In this document: in pieces, positions 13,274 to 27,491 of the stretch
Numbering within the stretch: the stretch's first letter is position 1
How the letters are laid out: every line of letters starts with the position of its first letter
Assembly: GCA_951406725.2 (NCBI GenBank)
Contig: OX597824.1
Coordinates: 13,268,001 to 13,332,000 of the forward strand
DNA from: Octopus vulgaris
Taxonomy: Eukaryota
Length of the DNA: 64,000 bases
Reading direction: 5' to 3'
The notes under the pieces: model-generated
Database searches by the model: none
What the model was told of the DNA's origin: nothing
What the model saw: the letters and a program-made list of their open reading frames with translations, nothing else
Position numbers and translations under genes: made by a program

Positions 13274-13632
13274 ACTAAACCTTTCCATGCGATGCGCCAG
13301 CAAAGCACAGTCCAATCACTAAACCTTTCCATGCGATGCTCCAGCAAAGCCGCAGTCCGATCACTAAACCTTTCCATGCGGTGCTCCAGCAAAGCCGCAG
13401 TCCGATCACTAAACATTTCCATGCGATGCTCCAGCAAAGCCGCAGTGCGATCACTAAACCTTTCCATGCGATGCTCCAGCCAAGCCGTAGTCCGATCACT
13501 AAACCTTTCCATGCGATGCTCCAGCAAAGCCGCAGTGCGATCACTAAACATTTCCATGCGATGCTCCAGCTAAGCCGCAGTGCGATTACTAAGCCTTTCC
13601 ATGCGATGCTTCAGCAAAGCCGCAGTCCGATC
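13274..13632 (+). repeat. 45-bp tandem repeat (8 copies) inside a SINE family A tail
   Basis: Unit actaaacctttccatgcgatgctccagcaaagccgcagtccgatc, flanked by family-A tail sequence (13145-13273 and 13633-13655). Confidence 0.92.
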
Positions 13633-15283
13633 ACAGAAACAAGCAAATCATAAAAGTTTGGTTAAGCTTATATAAATTTGATGCGTACGTCTAAGCTTTG
13701 CTTCCATGAATTTAGATTCTATTCTCGTGAAACGAAGAAGTGCTCTTCAGTCTATTAGAAAAGTGTAGAGGCAACGCTAACTGCTGATAAAGCTGCTGTT
13801 CACGAGAAGATAGGTAATTGTCGACACCAGTTCGTTCGACGTTATTAAAACCTTAAATCCATTCTACACTAAATTGCATCTTTTATGTGCATGTTATATG
13901 AAAGATACAGTGTAATTAACGTAAGATCAATAGGTATTATTCAAGTTCTACCTAAAAATGGCCAAGTCTTTCTGAAAGCGAACAGCAGCGAGTTAATAAT
14001 AAGGTACATAATAACTATCTAGTCATCTAACGTTCTCAATAAACATCTTCGATCTCTAATTATTGTTTCTTTCCTTTTCTAAATAGTGATTTTTCTCCCC
14101 TTTAATCGAAGTTTTCGCAGCAGTGTAAAACGTTTGCTCTTGTTTACTTATGAAAGCGAAACCTAGTTATTAGTCACTTTCAGAAGTTACTTTCTGATAA
14201 AGAGAACAAAAAAAATACGTAGAAAATAAATGAAAGAAAAAAAAAAGAAGCAACATGAAAAGAAAACAAAGCAAAAAAACTGAACTCTATCACACTACAG
14301 CATGAGTACCAGAACAGCAACATAACGAACATGATTATTTATATTTCAAGCTTCTTTCTTTGTTTGACTTATACAGTATTTTGTATGTTTAAATAGGATA
14401 ACATTACAAAGGAGTAGCAATGTAGATGCCTCCACTTTTTTTCTATAGACGTACAGCAAACAGGTTTGTCTACGTAAAATAATATTGCTTGCTGGTGCTG
14501 TTTCTGTAGATCAGAATAAAATATATCAAAAGGAATTCAAGTTCTGTAATACGCTATAACAGAATATCGACGAGGGCGCCTCATTATCAACGGTTTTCAA
14601 TTAGTGTGACGCAGCAGGATGTATGCTGTATCATGGCGCACTGGACCGTTGTAAGGGAGTAACTGGGAGCACTGGCTTGCCGCAAGAGTGTTCTGGGAGT
14701 AGAGGACACTGGTTCGCCGTATCTATATGCACTGAAGTGCAGCGAGGATTTTCTAGGCGCAATGGCACATCGTAAGGAGTATCTAGGACCACTACCGCCT
14801 CACAAAAAGTAACTGGGCCCACTGGTGCAAGACTAAGGTGCTCTTGCGTATTGTAAGAAGTACCTAAGTGTACTGAGCGTCAGAAGTTATGTCTAAGTAC
14901 GCCACGGATTTTTAAAATAATATTTGATTTGTTCTTTCAGAACATCCATAAGTTATACATGGACGTTTTGAAAAATGTGTTATTCATCATTTTATTATAC
15001 ACAAATATATATGCTGCCAACTGGCAAAATCGTTCGCACGCCGGACAAAAAATGCTTAGCGGCATTTATTGTGACTCCTTACGTTCTGAGTTCAAATTCT
15101 GTCGCGATCGACTTTGCCTTTCATTCTTTCCGATTCGATAAGATATGCCGCGTGGAGCTTAGGTATTTCGCTCATCACCCGTTCTGAGAGTCGAACCTGC
15201 GATCCCTCGTCCGCGAGTCCGCTGTTCTAACCACTAGTCCATGTGCCTCAACACACACACGCACGCACATACACACACATATA

Positions 15284-15678
15284 TCTTTTTATATATAAAG
15301 AAAGGTTGTGTGTCTGTCTACTCCGATTTAGATTCCTAACTACTCCGACATTTTGCGGTGCAGTTTAACCAAAACCGGGTATCTTATAGTCGTCATTCAT
15401 ATCAAGCCCTTCTGGGTATTAGCACGCGTCTACGATGAGTCTACGATTTAAAAAATAATTTACCATCATTTTTTTTCCATTTTTATGCATATTTTTTTAA
15501 ATATAAGGGAAGTAACTCTCTAAAAATGTCTACAATGAGTCAACGATTTTTTAAAAAAATTACCATCAATATTATTCCATTTTTAATGCATTTTTTGCTA
15601 TTTTTGGCTATAACTCTCTAAAAATGCTTTATAGTTATTTCCCTTACAAACCCGAGCAACGCCGGGCGATACTGCTAG
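15284..15678 (+). mobile_element. Non-autonomous Helitron, family 1
   Basis: a|tctttttatatataaag ... cccgagcaacgccgggcgatactgctag|t. Confidence 0.9.
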
Positions 15679-16017
15679 TATATATATATATATATATATT
15701 GGAAATATCCATAGCTCCATAAAATTAAACACACATGGTAATTGAAGATTACCTAGAAGCAAGTTCTTTAATCTCTTAATTCACATGGCGTACCAATAAA
15801 AGTTTCCATACCTATGAAATGTTTAATGGGAAACTATCAAACGTATGCTTCTAGGAGAATTAGCAATATAAAATAGAGATTCATTTGTAAATTTGGGTTT
15901 CTGCCTAAAGAGATGCCATTTGTTGGATAAGTGGCAACTCTTGCCATTTTTCCTACTACTGGGTCTCTATTTTCATATAACTGGATTTGTTCATCCGTCT
16001 GTTTGACGAATATTAAT

Positions 16018-16606
16018 ATTGGTTTCAATTTTTGGCACAAGGCCAGCAATTTTGCTGGAGAGGGATAAATGGGTTGTATCGACTCCAATGCTCAACTGGT
16101 AATTATTTTATCAATCCCAAAAGAATGAAAGACAAAGTCGATGTTCTCGGCGGAATTTGAACTCAGAGCATTAAAGGCGGACGAAATGCTTATTTCTTTA
16201 TTACCCACAAGGGGCTACAAACAGAGGGGGCAAACAAGGACAGACAAACGGATTAAGTCGATTATATCGACCCCAGTGCATAACTGGTACTTATTTAATC
16301 GACCCTGAAAGGATGAATGGCAAAGTCGACCTCGGCGGAATTTGAACTCAGAACGTAGCGGCAGACGAAATACCTATTTCTTTACTACCCACAAGGGGCT
16401 AAACACAGAGGGCACAAACAAGGACAGACAAACGGATTAAGTCGATTATATCGACCCCAGTGCTTAACTGGTACTTATTTAATCGACCCTGAAAGGATGA
16501 AAGGCAAAGTCGACCTCGGCTGAATTTGAACTCAGAACGTAGCGGCAGACGAAACACTGCTAAGTATTTCGCCCGGCGTGCTAACGTCTCTGCCAGCTCG
16601 CCGCCT
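16018..16606 (-). mobile_element. SINE family B trimer (two young units plus one diverged unit with a different tail)
   Basis: Junctions gacgaaatgcttatttcttt (~16190) and gacgaaatacctatttcttt (~16370). Confidence 0.85.
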
Positions 16607-17332
16607 TATTTAAGATATCAATTACCCCCAGCAACAAGACAATGGCAGTAGCAATATTCGAACGACTGATATTTCGACTGAAATATCGTTATATTATCCA
16701 TTTGGTCGTCTGGGTCTGTAGCTAGCTACTGAGAGAAGGAGAGAGAGACACACACAGAGAAAGAGAGTCGAGTAGAGAAAGAGGCTGCGAAAGAGAAAAA
16801 CAGAGAGAGATAGAGATAGAGAGAGGGGGAGAGAAAATGAAAGGAAGAGAGAGGAAAAGAGAAGGAGAGAGAAAGAGAGAGGAGGAGACAGAGAGAAAGG
16901 AAGAGACAGAGAGAGAGAGAGAGTGGGGCTACGCAAACACGTAGACGACAACATATACATTAGCATTACACGCAATCACATTCCTTTAAACCATAACGTA
17001 GTAGTTTTCCACGGATAGTAAATGACTAAAATCTTTAGATGGAATGTTTAATAAGACTACTTGTATGGCAAAGCATTCCGCCACCAGACAGAACTGGAAC
17101 ATATCAATAACGAACTACATGTGTCTGCATCATAAAGAGATTTACAAAACATGCTTTCCTCAACAATACAGAATTAATTAGGAAGGGAAAAAATGCGATT
17201 ATAAGCCGTAGATCTCATTAAGAGAAATGCATTAAAGGAAACGTTATCGAATAATTACGAAATTTATATTAGATATATTATATGTAAGTGTTATATAAAA
17301 GAAATCCACAATGTCTTTCAAAAGCAAAACTA

Positions 17333-17768
17333 AGATCTTTTCGGTTTGAACGGCAGTTTTTAACATAATTTCTAGGTAACTAAAAAATTTTAAACTTCGT
17401 ATACTGGTAGAATGTGTTCATAAAACATCTTTTTCTCTTGGCTTTATTGAGAAAATTATATAGTTTGTAAGATATTTGTTGTTGTATTTCTTCAATTTCT
17501 GCAATTTCAACCAATCAGTGACGTTGTATTGAGGTAAAAAACATTCTGTGCCGTATGAATATGTCCCTCGTTTAAGAAACAGATTGGGTTTATTTACATT
17601 TGTGAAGAAAAAAAAAGATACCCTTCCCCCCTACCCCTAACCCCAACCCTAACTAACCCTAACCCTAAAACAGATTGAAATGCAATAGATCGATACTAGG
17701 GTCATAATTATGGGTGACAATTTCATATGACAACGCTAGAAAAAACTGCCGTTCAAACCGAAAAGATT
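17333..17768. mobile_element. MITE, same family as 4356-4769, opposite orientation
   Basis: TIRs agatcttttcggtttgaacggcagttttt / aaaaactgccgttcaaaccgaaaagatt. Internal ccctaa repeats. Confidence 0.9.
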
Positions 17769-18521
17769 TCCACAATGTATTTTAAAAGCAAAACTATATC
17801 CGCATACCCCCCCAAACAGGTAATAAGATCTTAAACTGTACAACAAAATAGGCAATGCAGTAACCGTAGTGAAACCATTTTGTTTTCTTTTCCTTACATT
17901 AGCTTTTTTTATGGTAGGATCAATAACCTTTATTATGTTCATTGTTCTTCTGCTATTTCTTTTATATTTGGTGTGTTTTAAAAAGTCAATATAAAATTGT
18001 TCTGCAAATATTATATAAATCGAGAACATTGTTGATTTATTTATATTGTCTGTTTAATTTCATACCTCAATAACTGTGAGGGACGTGTTTATCCATTTTC
18101 TTTTATCATTTTATTTTAACTCTCTTATTTTCTATAATCAATTGTATTCAAGAGAACTTATTGAAACCCCATAATTGTACTAATGTACTTTAAAGGTAAT
18201 ATTTTGACAATAAATTATAAGATTTCAATTTCTCTCTACTAATTTTGCTCTATCTACATACACAAAATTACGTGCGTCTGTAAAATTATAAATATATATA
18301 TATGGGGGCGTGTGTGTATATATGTGTGTGCATGTATATGTACATATACATATACGTATATATACAGATATATATGTGTTTGTATGTATATATATTGGAA
18401 TTTAAGGTGTATGTTATGATAGACATAATTTTTGCGTCGCTGGGAAATGTAGCTGAAGTGGTTTAACCAACGCACAAAGTGAATTAATCAATGTATGTAT
18501 ATGTGTGTGTGTGTTTGTGCT

Positions 18522-18554
<33 letters not shown>

Positions 18555-19774
18555 TAGAGAGATAGAGTTTGAATTTGTGTGGTGCAACCCTCCATCTGCA
18601 CTTGAAAAATTTTCCCATTTCAGTTTGTGCTGGTTGAGTACAGGGAGAGACAACAATATTGTTCCCATTTAATAGAGTAGGCTCGGACGAGGTTATTTTT
18701 GTGAAGATTCCCAAATCTCCTTGTAGCAAGTCTCATCTCTGTACACCAATGAAGTTACACAAAGGATGTGTAAGCTTCAATACAATTTACGAATGCTCCC
18801 AAGGCGAATTTGAAGACAATCTCAGGTAATCTTAGAGGCTACAGCATCTGATTTGTTGTTGATCACTTCAATCCAGTAATTAACTAGTAGGAGGTAGACT
18901 CGTTAGCACATCAAACAAAATTCTTAGCGGTATTTCTCCTGACGCTTTATGTTACGTGCTCAAAATCCACCGAAGTCAACTTTGCCTATCATACTTTTGA
19001 GGTTGCTATAATTAAGTTTCAGTTAAGAACTGTGGGTGATTTAATTGACTTGCCCCTTCTTTATACGAAGACTGGCTTTGAACCCTGCAACTCGGGTGAC
19101 CGGCCTTATAAGTCCTAGGGTTTGAGAGAAAAAAATGACTAGTACTGTTGTTATTGGCTTCAAATTTTGGCACACGGCCAGCAAGTTCAGAGGAAGAGTA
19201 ATTCGATTACATCGACCTCACTGCTCAACCGGTACTTAATTTATCGTCCGCGAAGGAATGAAAGGCAAATTCGACCTCGGCGGTATTCGAACGTAAAGAC
19301 TGCCGAAATGCAGCTAGTAATGTTACCTGGTAGGCTAAGGTTTCTGTTAAATCGACACTTTCGGACACTTTCTTTATTGACACCGGAAAGCTGATGAGCT
19401 AATTGGATTTTAGCAGGAACTGAACACCGACGGTAAAGAGCCGGAATAAATACTGCAACATGTTTTATCCGACGCTCTAACGATTCATCTAATTCGTTGC
19501 TTATGCAATTTAGCTGTTGTGAACGATTAAAGGAGAAAGAAATAGCTACCATTCAAGTAATGGAGTCGACAGGAATAAGATAATTACCATTAATGTGCGC
19601 GTTTGGATTTAAACAATTATAATCTGCTCGAAAGTATATCGTAGTGTAACTATATTAGAAATCAATATTCAAGCTACGTTTACATACAAACTCATTATCC
19701 ATGATTGCGGAGTTAAATATGAGATTCAATTACACAATTTACCTCTCGGGTACATATTAAAGCAGCAGCAGCAG

Positions 19775-19968
19775 CAGCCGTTCAAGAATTTGGACCAGGA
19801 GATCTCCATTTCCAGCGACTTCGAGATCCATCTCCCAGTGGTGTCGGGCCTCAACGAAGAGCCCTCGACTACAACAATACGACCAAGGTTATATTTTTCC
19901 AAGGTCTGGGTTCTCCTGCCCCTAAGACATAGACCATCACCTAATCACCCTTACCCGTCTTGTTGCTT
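19775..19968. repeat. Unclassified ~190-bp module flanked by trinucleotide repeats
   Basis: Homologous to the three modules at 55103-56447. Confidence 0.85.
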
Positions 19969-20249
19969 AACAACAACAACAACAGCAGCAGTAGCAGCAG
20001 TGGTAGTAGCTGTAGTAGTAGTAGAGTTTGCCCTCATGACTAAAGGACATAGGTTCTGATATCTTTAAACGTGTACAATAAGTATTTGTGAAATTCATTT
20101 CTCTCTTATAAGGTTTTAACTGAAACGGAAGGACTGAAGCATAAAGGGCATCAAAGAGATGAGTTCCTCCCCTCAGAACTTCTTTTTACTCTATCTTGTG
20201 CCCTATGCTATCAAGATATAGAATTGTCTCGAAAAAGGTCGCAGCGTGA

Positions 20250-21470
20250 GGTTCATAGAGGAAAAGAGAGTTCAAAAAATTGGCTGAGCTCTTGTAATTT
20301 ATTCATTTCCATCCTTGTAATGAGCCATGCAGTACTTTTTTTAAAGTCTGGTACATATTAGACAAAGAGGAAATCCTCTGTCTTCAGCCCTTGCAATCAT
20401 GTCCACCACACTACCACTTTTCCTAAAACCACCAGCCCACAAAAGAACTGCCTTCCATTCCTGGCCAAAGGAAGGCGGCTGGCGATTTTTACAATGGAGT
20501 CAACTGATAGCTGTCTCCGTCAACATAAATCACAAATAAGCAAAACTCGTGTACAGGACGAACGCATCTAGAATGGTTTCGGCGTTCCACGCACATCTCG
20601 AGCAGGCCTGGCTTGCGGCACTTGTTAGCTTGTAGTGTATAACCTCGAACTAGTAATGTCTCTCTGTAGCATTGCCAGAACAAGGATTTCTAAAAATTCT
20701 ACGAGTCTCTTCCCAAACGTCTTCAGGAAAAGTCCAGCCAATTGATTTTTATAGATGCACAGAGCTTCCACGAGATTTTCGTCGTTTTGCCCGACATTAC
20801 TCTTCTATAGAACGCTGACGTGGAATTCCTGCCTACAGTATTACCCCGACTAGTAGAAGGGTAGTGTGGTAGGCAGGTACCTCGTATCAGTCTGTGCTTG
20901 CTCCAGCACCGCAGCTTTGTGAACGGGACTAGCTATAGAAATGCATATCTGTAAAACAGTAACCGTACGTGTGCATAGTCGAGGGATCGTTAGAGATGTT
21001 ACAGTCTAAACGCATGTGTGTGCATCATCAGGCACGGCATGTCCACTCGTTCACACAATGAGTGTTGATATTAAATTATGCACCTGGTCAGTGGAACCCG
21101 TGCTTTATATAAAAAGCAGAAGAGCAAACACGCCAGTCTGATCAGACATGAACTAGGATAAGGCACCTTGGTTACACTGTGAGGACGATCACGCCTGGCT
21201 GATATTCAAGGATAGCTTTCATCCGTGTGTAAAATAGATCTGCTCGTTACCTCATCTCGGTTCTCCACCTGGAGATCTTACCAAACTATGCCAGAATAAT
21301 TTAACCGATCCGTTCGTCCAGTGCCCCACGACACTGTTGGATGGTGTAGACTACCTCTAAATTTACTGCCTCTATGTTCCAAAAGCATTGATTCGGGTTA
21401 TCAGCATCAAAGCTTGCATTTCTGACGAAGTGAGCAATTGATTAGAGCAACCCGGTATTTGCCAGAAAAC
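20250..21470 (-). mobile_element. Tx1/L1-type LINE ORF2 C-terminal remnant
   Basis: Frameshifted minus-strand segments resemble G..FG.DLQVE.N, MP.LMM..HA.RL.HL, FWQCYRETL.VR and the zf-RVT motif ACSRC..NAETIL.AFV. Confidence 0.7.
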
Positions 21471-21803
21471 GACCACATTCTGTTTATAATTAAGATAAAG
21501 TAAACATTCGAATAACAATGGAAATATTAACTAATATATTCTCTCGCCAACTCTTTAGTCTTTCTAATTTTGGCACAAGGCCAGCAACTTTAATGAAGAG
21601 GATAATTCGATTACATCAATCCTTGTATATATTACACTCGCTGATATATGACCTATACTGGACTCCTTATTTGCATAATCACCGAACCTTGAGCTTAACT
21701 ATCGTCTATCCATAGCACTTAGCATTACCTGACACCTTTGAGTCTTACTGACACCATTATCTCTCTCTCTATATATATATATTTAGATATACATATATAT
21801 ACA

Positions 21804-21916
<113 letters not shown>

Positions 21917-22295
21917 CATATATGCATATACGTGCATGTTTATTTTTGTGCATGTGTGGGAGCGGTGTAACATGAATATGGAGCGAAAAGGGCTAATAAT
22001 CACTGCAGATTAAGATTATCGAGTCATCCTCTGAAGGGTATATTCTGGACGAGAGATAGTTTCTTCTGGGGACTTGGAGAATCATTTAGTTGGGATGTTC
22101 TGGATGAGGGACAACAATTCGTGGTGTGCATCTTGGTGAAAGAGATTGTTGTTTGATGATAATGAGTAATTATATTTTCTATTTCATTTCCCGGCTTTAA
22201 TCCATTATGCAATGCTCACAACTGTCATAAATTCAGTCATTTATACCGTGAAAAATTTACCTGTAACTTGGTATGAAAAGATATTTATAGTAATA

Positions 22296-22710
22296 GGCGT
22301 AGGAGTGGCTGTGTGGTAAATAGCTTGCTTACGAATCACATGGTTCCGGGTTCAGTACCACTGCGTGGCACCTTGGGCAAGTGACTTTTACTATGGCCGC
22401 GAGCCGACCAAAGCCTTGTAAGTGGATTTGGTAGACGGAAACTGAAAGGAGCCCGTCGTATATATATATATATATACATATATGTATGTGTGTATATACT
22501 TTTGTGTGTCTGTGTTTGTCCCCTCAACATCGCTTTACAACCGATGCTGGTGTGTTCACGTCCCTGTAACTTAGCGTTTCGGTAAAAGAGACCGATAGAC
22601 TAAGTAGTAGGCTTACAAAGAATAAGTCCTGGGGTAGATTTGCTCGACTAAAGGCTGTGCTCCAGCATGGCCGCAGTCAAATGCCTGAAACAAGTATAAT
22701 AGTAAAAGAG
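22296..22710 (+). mobile_element. SINE family A, full length
   Basis: Head ggcgtaggagtggctgtgtggtaa, B box gggttcagtacc, internal microsatellite, tail ctccagcatggccgcagtcaaatg.ctgaaacaagta. Confidence 0.9.
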
Positions 22711-22739
22711 TACGAAAACAAACAAAGAAAAAACGATCA

Positions 22740-22985
22740 ACGGTCCTCCGGAGCCATAGAATCATAGAGCCAGTTTCCCGGATTCTGTGGTGTATATAGT
22801 CCCTAATCCGGCCGGAATGCCAGTCTTCCGTAAGGTTACTTACTTTTGCCAGATAGGTGGATTGAAGTGATTTGAAAAAATGTGTTTTGCTCAAGAACAC
22901 AACGCATTGCCTGGTCCAGGAATCGAAACCACAATCTTACGCTCATGAGTGCAACAACTCCAACCACTAGGCCACGCGCATCCGC
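22740..22985 (-). mobile_element. Diverged tRNA-derived SINE (family C group)
   Basis: Minus head gcgcgtggcctagtggttgg...gtttcgattcctggacc and cttgagcaaaacac. Confidence 0.65.
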
Positions 22986-23680
22986 ATGTACAAATACGCA
23001 TATAAGTAAATAGAGAAATAGGGACGTAGGTAGTTATATAGAAAGGGATAGAAGGAAAAACCAACGATAGGGACAGAAAGACAGAGAAAGCGAGGGGAGA
23101 AGAGAGAGGGAAACAGAGAAAGAGAAAGACAAAGAGAGAGAAGGAAAGGGAAAGAAATAGAGAAAGACCGTGCTTATATATGTGCGTGTGTGTATGTCTA
23201 CTTAAGTAAATGCATGCGTATGTGCGTTGTTTGCGTATGTTTGTACATGCAGCTGTGTATTTGCGTGAATGTGTTTCAGTGTGTCTCTTAGCATGTGTTG
23301 TGTGTGTGTGTATGTGTGTGCGCGTGATTGTGTTTGTGTGTGTGATTCAGAGTTGCTAAGTATGAGAGTGAATGTGTGAGCGTGAGACTACTTGCACAGA
23401 GTGTATTGACCTGCGCGTGTGCTAACGTATCTCAGAAATATGTCTTCTGTTTTCCTGCTTCAATCTACAGTTAGTTAGGTACACTCAGTGCATTTAGCGC
23501 AGTACATATATATATACATGCTAGCATTAAACCTATATTGCATCTGCAATGCTATTCGAATGTGTATGTGTGTTTGCGTGTTTGTATGTCGGTGCATTAA
23601 TGCGTATATAACTGCAAATATGTGTGTTAATATATGAATCTTTCTCTCTGTTATTCTCTCTCTCCCTCTATCTCTCTCTC

Positions 23681-23750
<70 letters not shown>

Positions 23751-23808
23751 CATATATATGTATGTATATATATATATTATATAGTATATAGAGAGATAGA
23801 TGAATGTA

Positions 23809-23855
<47 letters not shown>

Positions 23856-23910
23856 GTATATACATATATATGTATGTATATATATGTATATATATAGATA
23901 GATGAATGTA

Positions 23911-23957
<47 letters not shown>

Positions 23958-24328
23958 TTGTGTATATATATATATATATATATATACAATGTACACTTCA
24001 GTACTTTTATGCAATTTTGACAAATATACCTGTTAAATGAAATGTCAGTATTATTTCCATTTTTGCATAATTTAGACGACAATTTATTCACCGTGCACAC
24101 GTATGCATATATATGGAAGCAACTGTCTTCGAAGACTCATATTGTCGTTGAATGCTCAAAATGAGGATTAGATAGACAGGCAACAACTGATGAAGGGTTC
24201 TTTTTCTGTGTTAACTTGTCCTGTTTTCTATTCTTACCTCGTTGTTTACGTATTTTATGTTTTGTGCACCGTTGGTGAGCCCTGTAGCTATATATGCATG
24301 TATATATATATACATATATATATATATA

Positions 24329-24474
24329 GGCGTAGGAGTGGCTGTGTGGTAAGTAGCTTGCTAACGAACCACATGGTTCCGGGTTCAGTCCCACTGCGTG
24401 GCACCTTGGGCAAGTGTCTGCTCCTATAGCCCCGGCCCCAATAAAGCCCGTCGTATATATATATATATATATAT

Positions 24475-24518
<44 letters not shown>

Positions 24519-24686
24519 ATATGTTTGTGTGTCTGTATTTACGCCCCCTTAACCTACCGGTTCGACAAAAGAGATCGATAGAATAAGTACTAAGCTTACA
24601 AAGAATAAGTCCTGGGGTCGATCTATTCGACTGAGGGCAGTGCCCTAGCATGGCCACAGTCAAGTGACTGAAACAAGTAAAAGAGT
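24329..24686 (+). mobile_element. SINE family A with an internal deletion
   Basis: Head and tail as at 22296. Confidence 0.85.
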
Positions 24687-24699
24687 AATAGTGTAAAGA

Positions 24700-25201
24700 G
24701 TAATAGGAACAAAGAACCAACGTAGCCTTTTGCGCTGAACTTAGGAAGTCTTCTACAGAGACACTGAGCATGCTTCGGCAAGCTTAGGGTGACGAGGTAA
24801 CGGGTGGTACGTCATGTTTCGAGTGGTACGGTCATTTCAAAAGCGAAAAAACGGCATGGAAAACAATGAGTGATCGTGGGTTTCTGGCCCAAAACATCAT
24901 AGTATCGCTTCAGCACCCGCTCTATACGCCAGATTTAGAACCAGCGGACTTTCATGTTTTCTCCCAGATGAAAAGGCAGCTCAAAGGTCACCGTTTTAAC
25001 ACCGTTGTTGAGATCCAGAGAGAATCACAGAAAATACGGAATAGAACTTCCAGGCCAGATTCTAAAAGCGGCTTCAACGCTGGAACTGGTGTACTGCTGG
25101 GCAAGTTAATTATTTCGAAGGAGACGATGATAGGACTTACGTAAATAAGTTAACTCTTATCAAATATTACTAGCCCGGGAACCTTTTGATAACCTTTCGT
25201 A
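24700..25201 (+). mobile_element. mariner remnant, internally deleted
   Basis: HPLYTPDLEPADFHVFSQMKRQL.G.RF (mariner YSPDLAP.D motif). The 3' TIR-like end is gaaccttttgataacctttcg+ta. Confidence 0.85.
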
Positions 25202-25362
25202 TGTATGTATGTATGTATGTATGTATGCATCTATGTATGTATGTATGTATGTATACGTGTATGTATGTATGTAAGTACGTATGTATGCGTGTATGTATGC
25301 ATTTACGTACGTATGTATGTATGCATGTGTTTGTATGTATGTATACATACATATATATATAT

Positions 25363-25401
<39 letters not shown>

Positions 25402-25479
25402 ACATATATGTTGATCGTATGAATTACTGTCCGAGGACGCCTCACATTAATGTATTGAAGAAGGTGGTGATATCAGAAC

Positions 25480-26690
25480 AAAATTAACCGCCATCTTGAA
25501 GAAAGCTCAATTCCTTGGGCCCAACCAATGTGGTTTCTGTGTTGGCAGAGACTGAGTAACGCAGCTCATCGGACACTTTGATATCATTGTAAAAGCTATG
25601 AGAGAAGGTTACGATTGACGTGTTATTTCTCTTCACTTCGCCAAAACTTTCGATAGGAATCAGCCGCACAATTCTGCTTACGAACTTATCCAGCATTGAA
25701 GTCATGGTTAGCTATTGTAGTAGATTTAAGTGTTTCCTAACAGAAGGAACCCAGCATATTGTGATCGATGGAATTTACAGATGACCAACAAAATTCACTG
25801 GTGTTGTCTCACGGAATAATGTGTTACGCCCTGTTCTGTTTACTATTTACATAAATGACATTGTAAACGCCATCATGATATTGAATAGTATTACGTATAA
25901 TAAATTGATGTCTTTTTTGATGACATAGAGTTTCAGACAGCCATCAAGAGATTATGTTTCCGAACAGAACTTCACACCAATTTATACACTGAGTCAATGG
26001 GCAAACAGAGAATCAACAAACAAACAAGCAAATAACATCCAGTAACACGATAAATAAATGAGAGCTCATTCACTTAGGCAAAAAAAAAATATACTTAATC
26101 ATATTCTCTTCCCACATACGAGTTATTGGTATCGTTAGATACTTAGACGTAACTGCGGACAACAACCAATATTGGAGCGACCTCCCCACCCAACAATAAT
26201 GTTGATACGGTCCGCATACTCGGCTTATGGGTTCTTAGAACCTTCCAGGCCAGAGATCTTCATATCATTAATCATTTTTTCTCTACGTTTGTCAAGCAGA
26301 ATGAATATTGCTGCCCACTATCGTCTCTGTACGCAGACAAAACATTATGAGAACTGAAGCATCCTAGAAATTGATCACAAAAATATAGATAGTATGACAG
26401 GCTTTAATTATTAGGATCAGCTCAAAAAAGCTCATTCTTCGTCCTTCTGTCCATAAGCGCTACATAATTTGAACAAAGTGGAAAACATTCCAGCAATATT
26501 GTCCAAACGATACACATATCAATTCCTTATGTCAATGTAGCCTCGACCTCAGAGCTATGGATCCTCTACAGACATCGAGCCCACACGTCACATAACATCA
26601 TTGCGACAAACTTACATTTTCTGGTCAAAGAAAAAGAACCCTTCACATTCAAAATAATGATTTAATTCATTTCCGTTCAAATCGATCATA
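25480..26690 (+). mobile_element. CR1/Jockey-group LINE reverse-transcriptase remnant
   Basis: Degenerate VISLHFAKTFD (for IYLDF.KAFD), FLT.GTQH.VI.G and VL.PVLFTIYINDI motifs, with many stops. Confidence 0.72.
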
Positions 26691-26930
26691 TAGGCGCCAA
26701 ATGTATTTTTGAAAGATACATAAAACAATGTTTCAGATAAGTTCGATCCCGATTGTTCAATTAAATATAGAGGCTCTTCAAAAACGATAAAGTTAAATTC
26801 AGTTTAATTTCTATCATTGATTTCATTCATTTCATTTTTAGTACCATAACAATGCTATAAGTTGAGTATTTGTCAGTTTGTGGGTAAGCTCTCAGGATTT
26901 GGTAGTTACTATGACATATAAATATATACA

Positions 26931-27330
26931 TGGCTGTGTGGTAAGTAGCTTACCTACCAACCACATGGTTCCGGGTTCAGTCCCACTGCGTGGCACCTTG
27001 GGCAAGTGTCTTCTACTATAGCCTAGGGCCGACCAAAGCCTTGTGAGTGGATTTGGTAGACGGAAACTGAAAGAAGCCTGTCGTATATATGTATATATAT
27101 ATATGTATGTGTGTGTGTTTGTGTGTTTGTTCCCCTAGCATTGCTTGACAACCGATGCTGGTGTGTTTATGTCCCCGTCACTTAGCCGTTCGGCAAAAAG
27201 AGACCGATAGAATAAGTACTGGGCTTACAAAGAATAAGTCCCGGGGTCGATTTGCTCGACTAAAGGCGGTGCTCCAGCATGGCCGCAGTCAAATGACTGA
27301 AACAAGTAAAAGAGTAAAAAGAGTAAAGAG
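26931..27330 (+). mobile_element. SINE family A, near full length
   Basis: High identity to other family-A copies. Confidence 0.9.
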
Positions 27331-27491
27331 AATATAAATACATATAAATCCATGCATACATACATATATGTACACACATATGTATATATCTCTCTCTCTA
27401 TATATATACACGCACAAACACGCCACCGCGTGTGTACCGTTGGCGATTTTTTTCCTCCGTCCTCCCTTCTCTGGATCTTTCCTTTTCCTAT

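Noticed and set aside
13274-13632. CRISPR-like array
   Set aside because: The units are contiguous with no unique spacers, derive from a SINE tail, have no cas genes nearby and sit in eukaryotic DNA.
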